Shown here: in pieces, positions 39,502 to 50,800 of the stretch | Layout: every line of letters begins with the position of its first letter | How positions within the stretch are numbered: position 1 is the first letter of the stretch | From: a virus | Taxonomy: Duplodnaviria; Caudoviricetes | IMG/VR virus record: IMGVR_UViG_3300017766_003100 | Coordinates: 64,001 to 128,000 of that record | Reading direction: 5' to 3' (one strand) | DNA: 64,000 nucleotides | Notes under the pieces: generated by a model | Database searches by the model: none | Told to the model about the DNA's origin: nothing | What the model saw: the letters and a program-made list of their open reading frames with translations, nothing else | Made by a program: the position numbers and the translations under genes

Positions 39502-42500
39502 ATGTCAGATAGTACTTTATCATTTAGTAATAGTGCAAGTTTTAGAAATAGTTTAATAAGTAGAAATTTAGCACCTTATAATATACCTGGGTCGTATACA
39601 CCACCATCAGGTTCACAGAACTATGAATTTTCAGTTTCAAGTTATAATGTTGTTGATTCACCAAATGATTTAATAGCAAGTAATCCATTTGTTAATGATA
39701 ATGTTACATTGAATGAATATGGTCCGAACAATGGTTACCAACAAGTTATTGTAAATAATAATTTACCTGTTGACCCTAATCAGGGTGAATATAATCCAAA
39801 CGATACTGTTTTGGATTTGGTTAATGAATTTTATATTGATGCTGCGTATATTGAAAATAGATTTGGTCCTATAGGTGGATTTCAAAATATGGTTGTTATT
39901 GATAGTATTCAAAACAATAATAAGTTATATACACCATATTGGGACCCTCCCACATTTATACCTTCAACATATTCACCATATACGATATTATTATCTAATG
40001 ACCCATCAGGGTCTAATGGATTATTATCACAGGATTCATTTATTGCCAAACTGGGAGCACTTTCATTAAAAGATGCCCTCCAAGCAAGGATTGATTCCGA
40101 AATCTTTCAGAGAAGTGTTGGAGTCGTTAATCTTGATGCTTTATCAGACCCATTTGAGGTTGCATTATTGGCAACAGGAAAAGAACCTTTAATCTATAAA
40201 GATTATAGAATAACTATACCTGAAAACCCATTAGTTGCTGGGGCTGAATTAATAACAAGATTATCAGGAGCAATATTTCCTTTATCAACAATCCCTGGTA
40301 ATTATTTTTCTGATGTTGAACCAAGTGGTGGTTCGTCAAAACAAATTAGTAATGCTTTAAATGTTGTTAATCAACTTACGGGTGGATTTTTAGGACCGAT
40401 ATTAAACACTACAAGAAATCCTTCTGAATTGTTTTTGGCTAATACTGGAAATGGACAACGTTCAGTTTTATTCAGAAGTATTAGTTATAACAGATACCAA
40501 CCATCATATGATAAAAATTTTGGAGGTATTTTAGGTGCCACTCAAGGTGTTGTTAATTTGATTGCCAATGCTATCAATCCTGACAATGGAACTTTAGTTG
40601 GTGGATATTATGTGGGTTCAAGAAATGCTGAACCATCAACAATTACATCACCTCCAAATCAATTACCTGTTGACCCATTTGGTAAACAAGTACAAACACC
40701 AGTTTATGGTCCTTCTGAACTTGGTATTTTATATGAAGGTAATCAGAGTCAACTTAATTTTGGTTTAGCGGGTAAATCATTTTCAGATGAAGGTGGTATT
40801 GATGGTCAATTTGTTTGGACTTCACCTAAATATAAAGGTGCTGCAGGATTTAAGGCAACACCAGGTGGTGGTAAAGGTTCGATAGATAGTGAATTTAGAG
40901 AAATTGAATCTCAGTTTCAAAAAAATGAATCAACTAATATTACTTTTAAACAGAGTTCTATATTAGACCAAACTCAAAGATTAATTGATTCTGCTGATAA
41001 TGTAGCAGGAATATCAAAATTAAAACACGTTGGAAATGCAATTAATCAAGTTAGTAAAGTTTTTAATGATGGGTATAAAGAAATAACTAAAGGTTCAAAA
41101 GTTTTATCATATGTTGATAATACAACGGGACAAGAAGCTGGTATTGAATATTGTAGAGTTTTTACTAAAGATACTCCTTATTACACATATGCTGATTTAC
41201 AAAAAACTGATGGTATAACAGAATCAGGAAGAAGATTTACAAACTCAGTATTTGACAACACGTATAATCTTAATATTGCACCAATTAAAGGTGATAATTC
41301 AACTAATCTAAAATTAGATGCTAAAGGTAATTTAGTAGCTAAAAAATATATGTTTTCTATTGAAAATCTTGCTTGGAGAACATCAAGTAGACCTGGTTTT
41401 ACTTGGGATGATTTACCTGCTTGTGAGAAAGGTCCTAATGGAGGTAGAGTTATGTGGTTTCCACCATATGATTTAAAGTTCTCAGATTCAAGTTCTGCGA
41501 GTTTTACTCCTACTAGTTTTCTTGGGAGACCTGAACCTATTTATACTTATAAAGATACAAGTAGAAAAGGTAATATATCTTGGAAGATAATTGTTGATAA
41601 TCCATCAATAACAAATTTATTAGTAGACAAACAATTAAAAAATATTGATAACCCAAAAATTAATTCAATTATGGATTCTTTTTTTGCTGGTTGTGTAAAA
41701 TATGATATCTATGAATTAGCCAAAAAATTTAATACAATCCCATTATCTGATTTATACACTTACCAAGAAATATTAAATAATCCAAGATTAACTGGTGAAG
41801 AATATCAAAAAGTAGTTGAAGAAATACCTAAAAAACCTGATGATGGAAACAGTCAAGGTGGTGGAACTACTAATAAAAACGTTGAACCACAAGTTAAAGA
41901 TGACCCAAGAATACAAGAAATTAAAGATGCTTTTAATGGATTAGCATTTTATTTCTTTAATGATATACCAGGTCCTAACTTTGGTGCAGTATCAAATCAA
42001 GCGTATCAAGATACATATGCTGCATATACAGCACCAAGTTTTATTACACAATATCAATCACTTGCTAATAGTACATTTTCACCTGATTCTTCATATTGTA
42101 AAAAAAATGGTACAATAACTACAGCTGATGGTTCTTCTATTAGTAATAGTGAATATTGTACAAGACAAAAAAATACAACAGATTTCTTTAATAATGTTAT
42201 TAAACCAAATTATGAAAAATTTGCAACAAAAGAAGGTAATTTTGTAACTAAAGTATATCAATTACTATCTGAAAGCCCTGAAAACAAAATAACGTTGAAT
42301 ATGATTGGCTCGGCTTCAGCCCCTGGTAGTGTTGAATATAATGTTGATTTATCAAAGAGAAGAGTTGATTCAGTACTTAAATTTTTTGAAACCTACAAAA
42401 TAGGTGATGCAAATTTAAAAAAGTTCATAGATAATAAACAATTAATAGTTAAACCACCATCAACTGTGGGGGAAGTGATATCAATTCCTAAAACCGAAAC

Positions 42501-44556
42501 TGGAGATTATGGTTTTGCGGTTAATTGTTCAGGAGATACTATTGGTGGTAATGGTTTTGTTACACAATCTTCTCAAATTTATTCAGTAAATGCAATGGCT
42601 TGTAGGAGAGTTAGAATAGAAAATATTGTTGTAACCATACCACAAGTAACAACAACTACAACAACAGTAGCACCAGCTAAAAATGTTGACCCTCAAGTTA
42701 CTTTAAAACCAATACCAAGAATTCAACCAACAGTTGACATTCAGAAAAAATTAAAAGAAGGTATTGGTAAAAGAATATTGAGAAATTTATTGACTGAATG
42801 TGATTATTTTGAATTGATTGAGAAAGAAAACCCAATGGTTTATTCTTCGTTCAAAGAAAAAATAAAATACTTTAATCCAACATTCCACTCAATGACACCT
42901 GAAGGACTTAATGCAAGATTAACGTTCTTGAATCAATGTGTTCGTCCTGGTGAAACAATACCTATTATTGGAACAGATGGAAAACCAAAATATAATGACT
43001 CTTTAAATACGGCATTTGGAGCACCACCAATCTTAATATTAAGAATTGGGGACTTTTACCATACCAAGATAGTACCAAATGGTGTATCATTTACATATGA
43101 CCCAATAGTTTATGATATGAATCCTGAAGGTATTGGTATTCAGCCTATGATTGTAAATGTTAGTTTGGATTTTAATATTATTGGAGGTATGGGTCTTGCG
43201 AAACCTATTGAGGAATTACAGAATGCACTTTCATTTAACTACTATGCAAATACTGAGGTTTATGATGAAAGAGCAACACCAACAGAAGACACCTCAACTA
43301 TAGATAAAGAAATTGTAGATGCTTTAATTTTAAATCAACCAAGTGTTACAACTAATCAAGTTACAAATATACAACCAAATCCTGGAGGTAATACAATTGG
43401 TAATATTATTACAAATATTCCTGTGACTGGTGGTCAAACTGGTGAAACATCTTATAGTACTATTATGGACCAATTATTAACTGAAACTAAAAATTATATT
43501 AATTTATTAACTAATAAATTGGAAAGTATTAATAATTCTTATAATTATGGTATTTTACAATTAATTGAACTTAATAGAAACTATACTAAAGGTAAATTAA
43601 ATTTGGGAGATGAACAAGATGATGTTGAAATATATGGAAAACCTGAATTTCAAAGTAAATTAGACGAAGCTTTTACAAACGTATTAGCTGAAATTGATAA
43701 TGATAGTAATGTAATAATAAGTGGACTTAGTAAGTTTTATAAAAATGAAATAACACCAATACCTCTAGTTAAAGAAAATTTAAAAAAATACATAACAGAT
43801 TTAAAAGGTGAATTTTCAAATGGTTTAACTACAATAATTCAAGAATTAAGTACTGGTCAACAAAATTATGTTCAAATAATAAGAAAATTAAATGTTGTTT
43901 TGGATAAATTAGATGGTAAAATATTGGATACAGGTAAACCAAGAATGTATAGTTTAAGTCCAACAACAACAGCAACTGGTGATACATACACTGAATTACA
44001 AGACGATTATAATACTTTACAAAAAGTATTAAGTTTTGGAGATGAAAGTATCCGAGGTATTTTGGATAAAAACAGAATTGCTTTTATGGGTGACATATAT
44101 AAAGATGGAAATTTTAGAGTTTTTTTAGAAAATAAATTGACTAACTCTAATGAAAAACTTTTCTATATGATTATGGCAAGAATAATTAGTGATAAAAATA
44201 AAAAGAAACAATTTATTGATAGTGTTATTAAAGGAGATGAATTAAAAAATTGGAAAACTCCAGTTAATCTATTGAATAAATTTGAAAATATAGTTAACGA
44301 CTTAGATAGAGACTATTCACTTGAATTAAGTAAAGAAGAAAATATGTTTAAGACTTTGAGAAAAGATAAATTATTCAAAGATTTGGTTGATGGGATAAAT
44401 AAAAAAATGTATGTACCTGGAAAACCTAGAAAATTTGAATATACTACAGTCGGTGATTTAACTTCACAAGAAAGTAAAATTTTGAATTTATATAATGGTC
44501 AAAATGGTAGTGATGCCGATAAAACAAATTTTGACAATAAAATAACGTTTAATTAA
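39502..44556 (+). CDS. Large baseplate/tail-initiator protein with an internal OmpA-like domain
   Basis: WFPPYDLKFSD...W....FLGRPEPIYTY tube-initiator-like segments; IGSAS...YNVDLSKRRVDSV and CRRVRI OmpA-like motifs. Confidence 0.55.
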   Translation: MSDSTLSFSNSASFRNSLISRNLAPYNIPGSYTPPSGSQNYEFSVSSYNVVDSPNDLIASNPFVNDNVTLNEYGPNNGYQQVIVNNNLPVDPNQGEYNPNDTVLDLVNEFYIDAAYIENRFGPIGGFQNMVVIDSIQNNNKLYTPYWDPPTFIPSTYSPYTILLSNDPSGSNGLLSQDSFIAKLGALSLKDALQARIDSEIFQRSVGVVNLDALSDPFEVALLATGKEPLIYKDYRITIPENPLVAGAELITRLSGAIFPLSTIPGNYFSDVEPSGGSSKQISNALNVVNQLTGGFLGPILNTTRNPSELFLANTGNGQRSVLFRSISYNRYQPSYDKNFGGILGATQGVVNLIANAINPDNGTLVGGYYVGSRNAEPSTITSPPNQLPVDPFGKQVQTPVYGPSELGILYEGNQSQLNFGLAGKSFSDEGGIDGQFVWTSPKYKGAAGFKATPGGGKGSIDSEFREIESQFQKNESTNITFKQSSILDQTQRLIDSADNVAGISKLKHVGNAINQVSKVFNDGYKEITKGSKVLSYVDNTTGQEAGIEYCRVFTKDTPYYTYADLQKTDGITESGRRFTNSVFDNTYNLNIAPIKGDNSTNLKLDAKGNLVAKKYMFSIENLAWRTSSRPGFTWDDLPACEKGPNGGRVMWFPPYDLKFSDSSSASFTPTSFLGRPEPIYTYKDTSRKGNISWKIIVDNPSITNLLVDKQLKNIDNPKINSIMDSFFAGCVKYDIYELAKKFNTIPLSDLYTYQEILNNPRLTGEEYQKVVEEIPKKPDDGNSQGGGTTNKNVEPQVKDDPRIQEIKDAFNGLAFYFFNDIPGPNFGAVSNQAYQDTYAAYTAPSFITQYQSLANSTFSPDSSYCKKNGTITTADGSSISNSEYCTRQKNTTDFFNNVIKPNYEKFATKEGNFVTKVYQLLSESPENKITLNMIGSASAPGSVEYNVDLSKRRVDSVLKFFETYKIGDANLKKFIDNKQLIVKPPSTVGEVISIPKTETGDYGFAVNCSGDTIGGNGFVTQSSQIYSVNAMACRRVRIENIVVTIPQVTTTTTTVAPAKNVDPQVTLKPIPRIQPTVDIQKKLKEGIGKRILRNLLTECDYFELIEKENPMVYSSFKEKIKYFNPTFHSMTPEGLNARLTFLNQCVRPGETIPIIGTDGKPKYNDSLNTAFGAPPILILRIGDFYHTKIVPNGVSFTYDPIVYDMNPEGIGIQPMIVNVSLDFNIIGGMGLAKPIEELQNALSFNYYANTEVYDERATPTEDTSTIDKEIVDALILNQPSVTTNQVTNIQPNPGGNTIGNIITNIPVTGGQTGETSYSTIMDQLLTETKNYINLLTNKLESINNSYNYGILQLIELNRNYTKGKLNLGDEQDDVEIYGKPEFQSKLDEAFTNVLAEIDNDSNVIISGLSKFYKNEITPIPLVKENLKKYITDLKGEFSNGLTTIIQELSTGQQNYVQIIRKLNVVLDKLDGKILDTGKPRMYSLSPTTTATGDTYTELQDDYNTLQKVLSFGDESIRGILDKNRIAFMGDIYKDGNFRVFLENKLTNSNEKLFYMIMARIISDKNKKKQFIDSVIKGDELKNWKTPVNLLNKFENIVNDLDRDYSLELSKEENMFKTLRKDKLFKDLVDGINKKMYVPGKPRKFEYTTVGDLTSQESKILNLYNGQNGSDADKTNFDNKITFN

Positions 44557-44558
44557 TT

Positions 44559-44882
44559 ATGGCAAGACAAAACTACAATAGATATAAGGATTTTGTTATT
44601 AATGGGGAACAAACAATTGTACCCTATATAACTCTTCCATCTAAAAGTACGGATAAAAAATATATCTATAAGATTGGTATGTCAAGGATGGATAAGGTAT
44701 CTCAACAATATTATGGTTCTCCTTTATTTGGATGGTTAATTATGCAAGCAAATCCACAATTCAGTGGTAATGAATGGAGCATTCCTGATGGTTCTATATT
44801 GACAATTCCATATCCTTTAGTAGCTTCATTACAAGACTATAAAAATCAATTGGACGAGTATCTTTTCTATTATGGTAGATAA
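44559..44882 (+). CDS. LysM-like baseplate wedge protein (gp53/gpX-like)
   Basis: RMDKVSQQYYGSPLFGWLIMQANP...G..L.IP. Confidence 0.75.
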   Translation: MARQNYNRYKDFVINGEQTIVPYITLPSKSTDKKYIYKIGMSRMDKVSQQYYGSPLFGWLIMQANPQFSGNEWSIPDGSILTIPYPLVASLQDYKNQLDEYLFYYGR

Positions 44883-47800
44883 ACAAGAAAACATTTTGGT
44901 GGAATTCGATTATAATAACATTATTATAATTGACCCAAACAAAATTATAGATGAAAATGGTAAATCTAAACAAAGATTGGTACAACACGAAAATCTCGTG
45001 ATGTATGCCAATTTGGAATGTGATGTATTACCAAGAACTAAATTGGCAATAGGTGTTGCCCCAAATGACGCAATTGAAACAATATCAGTTGCTAAAATTA
45101 ATTTTTTGAAACCTGGAGGTAAGACGTTCTTGGACACTTCTTGGACTGATGAAATTACAGGTAAAGGAACTGTAACAGGTGATGGTGTTAATCAACCAAA
45201 ACAAACATCAATTAAAAACCCAAATAAAGATAACGATTTTTATATACGTCAAACAATCCAATCAGGAGGAAAACCTGGTTCAGTTGATAATGGATTATTG
45301 GGTATAACATCAATTAATATTAGACAAACAACTGCGTTTATGCCAACAATATCAATTGAATTGGTTGACATAAAAGGTAGGGCTTTGTTTGAATCTGGAG
45401 ATAATTCACCTTATGCTGCGTTTTTTAATTTACCATACCCATTATTTTATTTAACTATAAAGGGTTATTATGGTAAAGCTGTAAGATTGGGATTAATGTT
45501 ACAGAAATTCAATGCAAGATTTCAACCTGAGTCAGGTAACTTCAAAATTGATTTGATGTTCTATACATACAAGTACACAATACTAAGTGAGTTGAGTATG
45601 GCGGCACTTATAGCTGCACCTCATATGTATAAAACAAGAATCTCAACACAATCTAGTAGTGGAGGTCCTACAACTTTAGTAAAAGTAAATGAATCAATAA
45701 CTGAACGAGGATACCAAAAGATTAAAGAATTATATAGTGAATATAAATCAAAAGGTTTAATTCCTGATGATTTACCTGAATTAACTTTGGTACAACTTAA
45801 AGAAAGATTGGATACTTTCATAAAAGATAAATTAGACACATTTACTAAACAAAATTTAGAACCTATTTCAGGTTGTGATGACTATCAAAAAAATCTAAAA
45901 GAATATCAAGGAGCAATATATTATTATACAGCGGGAAGAATATCTTGGTTTAATAAGTACTTGGATAAAAATAACTTTTTTGTCCTTAATAATAATACTG
46001 AAACTAAAGTTTATACTTTTAAAAAAGAAATAAACACCCCTGATTTAAGACAAGCAGCAGTTTCTGAATTAGATGGAATTGTTCAAGAATTTAATAAAAA
46101 ATTAAATAGTAATCCAGTTGTTGGGGAAAAGGGTAACTATAAAATTGATGGTAAAACATTTAATGTATCGGTTTCAAATCCAATAACAACGAATGTATTC
46201 AATGTTAGTGTTAATTATACAAATATTAATACAAAACAAACTTATATTCAAAGGAAAGGTTCTGAACCAAATAGTGACCAGCTGGCTCAATTTGAAAAAG
46301 AATTGGCACAAGCGTTTATTGTTAATACAAGTGAAGCAACATTAAAAAATGGAACTAAATTACCTATAACTAATTTTTATATCTTTGAAGGTCCTAATAC
46401 ATTTATCGATTTAACTGAAAAAATGGGTAGAGACCTTAAAGTTATCAGAGAACAAATTGAACAAGAACTAACATTAGCCTTAACTAATTTATTAGAAAAT
46501 AAAAGTGATGGTATTGGATTTGTTCCTAATATGAGGAATGTTTTAGCTGTTGTATTTGCAAGTGGTGAGGCATTCTTAAGAATGATGGATGATGTTCATA
46601 CCAAAGCTTGGGATTTAAGTGATAACCCAATTAGAAAACAAATAGTACTTAATACACAAACGGCAGGTGCTTCTCAAGAAACATTTAATAATGGGGATAT
46701 TCAAAATACACCAATTTATCCTTGGCCTCAATATATTGAAGAAACAACAGGGGAGAATGGACACGAAAAGTATGAATTACGTTATCCTGGTGATTCTTCG
46801 GTAATATCTAAAACCAAAGGGTATTTGTTGGATGTATGGCCTGAGATTGAATTTGTTGAAGAATTTATCAAGGGGTTTACGGAAAGAAAGAGTCCACCTG
46901 CAGAAAATAAAAATAGTAATGAGGTTACTGAAGTAAAAAGAGTAAGTCTTAACGCAATTGAATTTCCGATTGGTAATTATGTATTCTCAAACAAGGAAGA
47001 AGTTAAATTCTTTTTTGAAATTTATGAGAGAATGTTGTATTTGTCTAACTATTCTAAGTTGTCAAGAGTTTCTGATGCACCTAGTTTTACAGACCCAATT
47101 GTTAAAATAATTTCTGAATGTGAAAAAATTAATATTAAAAATGGTCTTAGTGATGGAGCACCATTTATCAAAGATAAACTTAAAAATTATTTAATAAGTT
47201 CTGGTAACTTTTTACAATTATTGAGACAATTCTCAAATAATGGTAGGGGTGAAAGTTGGCAAAATTATATAAGAGGTATTTTTAATACAAAATATATTAA
47301 AAATACTATTAATAATGCAAGTTTTGAATTCTTGGATTCAAGAATATTAAATGAGAAATTTACTCAACCTGCAATTACATTAACTGATGAAACTAAAATA
47401 CAAGATTTCATAAGTTCATCTACAAATTCTAAATTTGATTTTACAGATACATTCCCATTTACAAATAAAAATTGGGTTAAAACGTATTTAGCACAATCAT
47501 CAACAATTGATACACCAGAATCTGCGTTTAAAACACCCGAAGTACTTAAATACAATCAAACAAATAAAATTATTGCTAATTTTTTACCTACAGCAACTAA
47601 TACTTTTGCCAGACCATTTACAGTATTTGTACAAGAAAATGGAACTGAACCAAATCCAATTCCAAATAATGCTCAAAACTCACAAGTTACAAATAGTCAA
47701 TTAATAGATTTTTATCAAAGACCATCTGATAAACAAATTATAACTGAAGGTAGAATTAGATATAACAATTATAGTGGGTCTGTTAGTTTTGAACAAACAA

Positions 47801-50800
47801 CATCAATACTGAATACACCATATTTTGTTAATTCAATTCAAATTGGGCAGAAAAATTTTAGAAATTATGACAAACATCCATATGTAGCTTCAGCCTATTT
47901 GTTGTTGAATAGTTTACCATTAATAACACTTAAAGAAAAATATACAAAATATGAAAATGATAAGACCATTTTTATGGATTATATATTTGCAACATTGAAA
48001 AAATTTGGTGCAATACATAAAGTTCCATATGTTTGGATTCTTAAAATGGGTTCTGTTTGGTATCGATATAAAAAATATGTTGAAGAAAACGTGGATATTT
48101 TAGATGAATGTTGGAAAAGTTTTGATAGTGTTCCAAACTATGACCCCATTACATCTGCAGCAACTAAAACATATAATTTAACTATCAATGGTTCACCAAT
48201 AGATTTAGTTTTGGAAGATAATAACGTAATTGGACTTGAAACTTCTTCATTAATTAATGTTGGATTTTATCCAAAACTAATTAATGACTTTAATGTTTTC
48301 TTGAATGGTTATGAAATAATTCAGTCTAATTCTCAAGTTAATGGGACTTGTAGTGTAACTGGAACAACATTAACTATAACACAAGTTAATTCAAATACAT
48401 TACAACCAGGCTACATTTTAGCTGGAATTAATTTACTTCCAAATACAACAATAATTTCTCAAATTGGGGGAACACCAGGTGGTGTTGGGACTTATGAAAT
48501 AACTCCGACACAAACTGGTTCTACTGCATTATTTTCTGTTACTAATGCAACAAGTGTTGGTTATACAAGTTCAAATATACAAAGTGCTTTAGATTTTTCA
48601 GGTTTATCAATGTATTATGTGAGTAATGCAATTATCAATGAACCTGAAGGTGTTGACCCAAATAATCCTTTGAGAGATTTAAGAATTATACCTTGGAGTT
48701 TATCTGTTGATACAAACAACAAAAACTTTATGTATGTTTTACCATCAAGTGGTAGTTTGTTTAATCAGACCAAAAATGAATGTTTTGATAATAACAACAA
48801 ATTAACTCAAGAGGTAACTGGTAATACATCAGTACATAATGGAGCTGTAAGATTATTTTGGACAGCACCAAACTATGGTTATTTTGATAACACTAGAATC
48901 ACGAAAGTTAAACCTAATGAATATCTTAAAAGAGTTTTAACCGCTGACACATATCAAGATATATTCACTTTAACTGGTTTTGGTGATGAATATTCTAAGA
49001 TTGATGAAATATTTTCAGTATTTGAAAAAAGTGTGTTAGATGGTTTTGAAAAAGAATTTTTGAAATTCTCAAAATCAATATATGATTACGAAGATGATTC
49101 TTCATCTAATTTAACTCTTACAACAAGTCAAACATCAACAACTACAACCACTACAAAATCTTCAAGTGGTCAAGATACAAGTACAGAAATTACATCAGCA
49201 GTTAATGATATTACTAAATCTTTAAAGGAAGTAGGGGATACTATAATTGATAAGAGAAATAGAAATTTCCAACAATTAATGAGAACATTATTATCTGTAC
49301 CAAAAATTACAGGTAATACAGGTTATGAATATGTTAAAAAAGTTCAATCGTCTCAATTTAGTACAATCAAATCAGTCCTATCTGATTTTTTAAATTATGA
49401 TGTAACATTTAAATATGGAAATCCTTCTGCTTTTGATAGAAAATTATTTAATACGTTTTCAACATTACCATTTACAGACCCATATGAATGGGATACATAT
49501 ACAAATTCAACACCAAACGCTCTACCTAAATTAAATGGTACAACTACATTAAGTAGTTCTCAAATAATTTATTCAGGTGCTTGGGCTACCCTACAAACTT
49601 ATGTCGGATTTTCAGAAATACCTGAATTAAAATATAGTAATAATGGTTCATATATTACTGACTTCTTTATTGATTTGAATGTTGCATTTACACCTGAAAA
49701 TATAGAACTTTTTGCTCCGATAATTAAGATTTATGCGACTCAGAAACTAAATCAATTTCAGTCTAATTATATACCACCACAACAACCATTACAACCATCA
49801 CCTGATGTTGTTGCAACAGCTTTCTTAAAGAGTGGTGGGACAGTGAATGTTGAAAAATTAGGTCCTAAATTTAGAACTACATATTATAATAGTGATAATG
49901 TATTATTATTTGAAGGTGCGTATACTTTTACATTTAGTAATGATGTATATACTACTTCAGGTTCGGAGATTTATTATACAGCATTAATTAATGAAACAAT
50001 TATTGGAATATTTGGTAGTACAACAACCAATCCAACTGACCCTCAATATATAACAACATTTGATAGGGTAACACCAACAACATATAATCCTGAACCTAGT
50101 TCCTCAAATAGGAATAATTCATCGGCTTTCTATGAAGCTATGGACAATTATTTAAACAAAATAAATAATTTCCAAAATAAAATTATAGATTCAACAATGA
50201 TTGATGTTAGAAATTCTTTAGATTCTATAACAATCAATGCGGAAGAAAGAGACCAAAGTGTTTTACAAGGTGAACCTCAACCAAAGTTGGAAATTTGGGA
50301 AAGTTTTAAAGCATTAAATGATAAATGGATTGCTGGTGGTGATTTTAAAACAAAAACATTATTTGAGGATGTATTATTATTGGATAGAGCAAGCAGAAAT
50401 ATTGGTGATAAAGTTTTAGTTGACATATATAAACTTAAAGATAGATTACAAACTGTAATTGAGAAAGAAACTAATAAAACAACAATGTTAATTTTTGTTC
50501 AAAACATATTAGTTGAGAACAATTTTGTGGTAATGAATTTACCATCTTATGTTAATTTTTATGGAGTTCAAGACGCAGTTAAAAACCCAAAACCAAAAGT
50601 TGAAGATACTTTGGATTTTGCGAACACTATGTTTGGAACTTTCTTAAATGTTGACTATAGGGAATCATCAGCAAAAATGGTTTGTTTTTATGGTGGTAAA
50701 CCAAGTGAACAATTGGATTTAAAAAACAATGTTGATTATCGTAAAAGAAGTGACGCTTTTGAGCTTAGAAGAGCGAGTGATAACCCATTAGTTGAAAACC

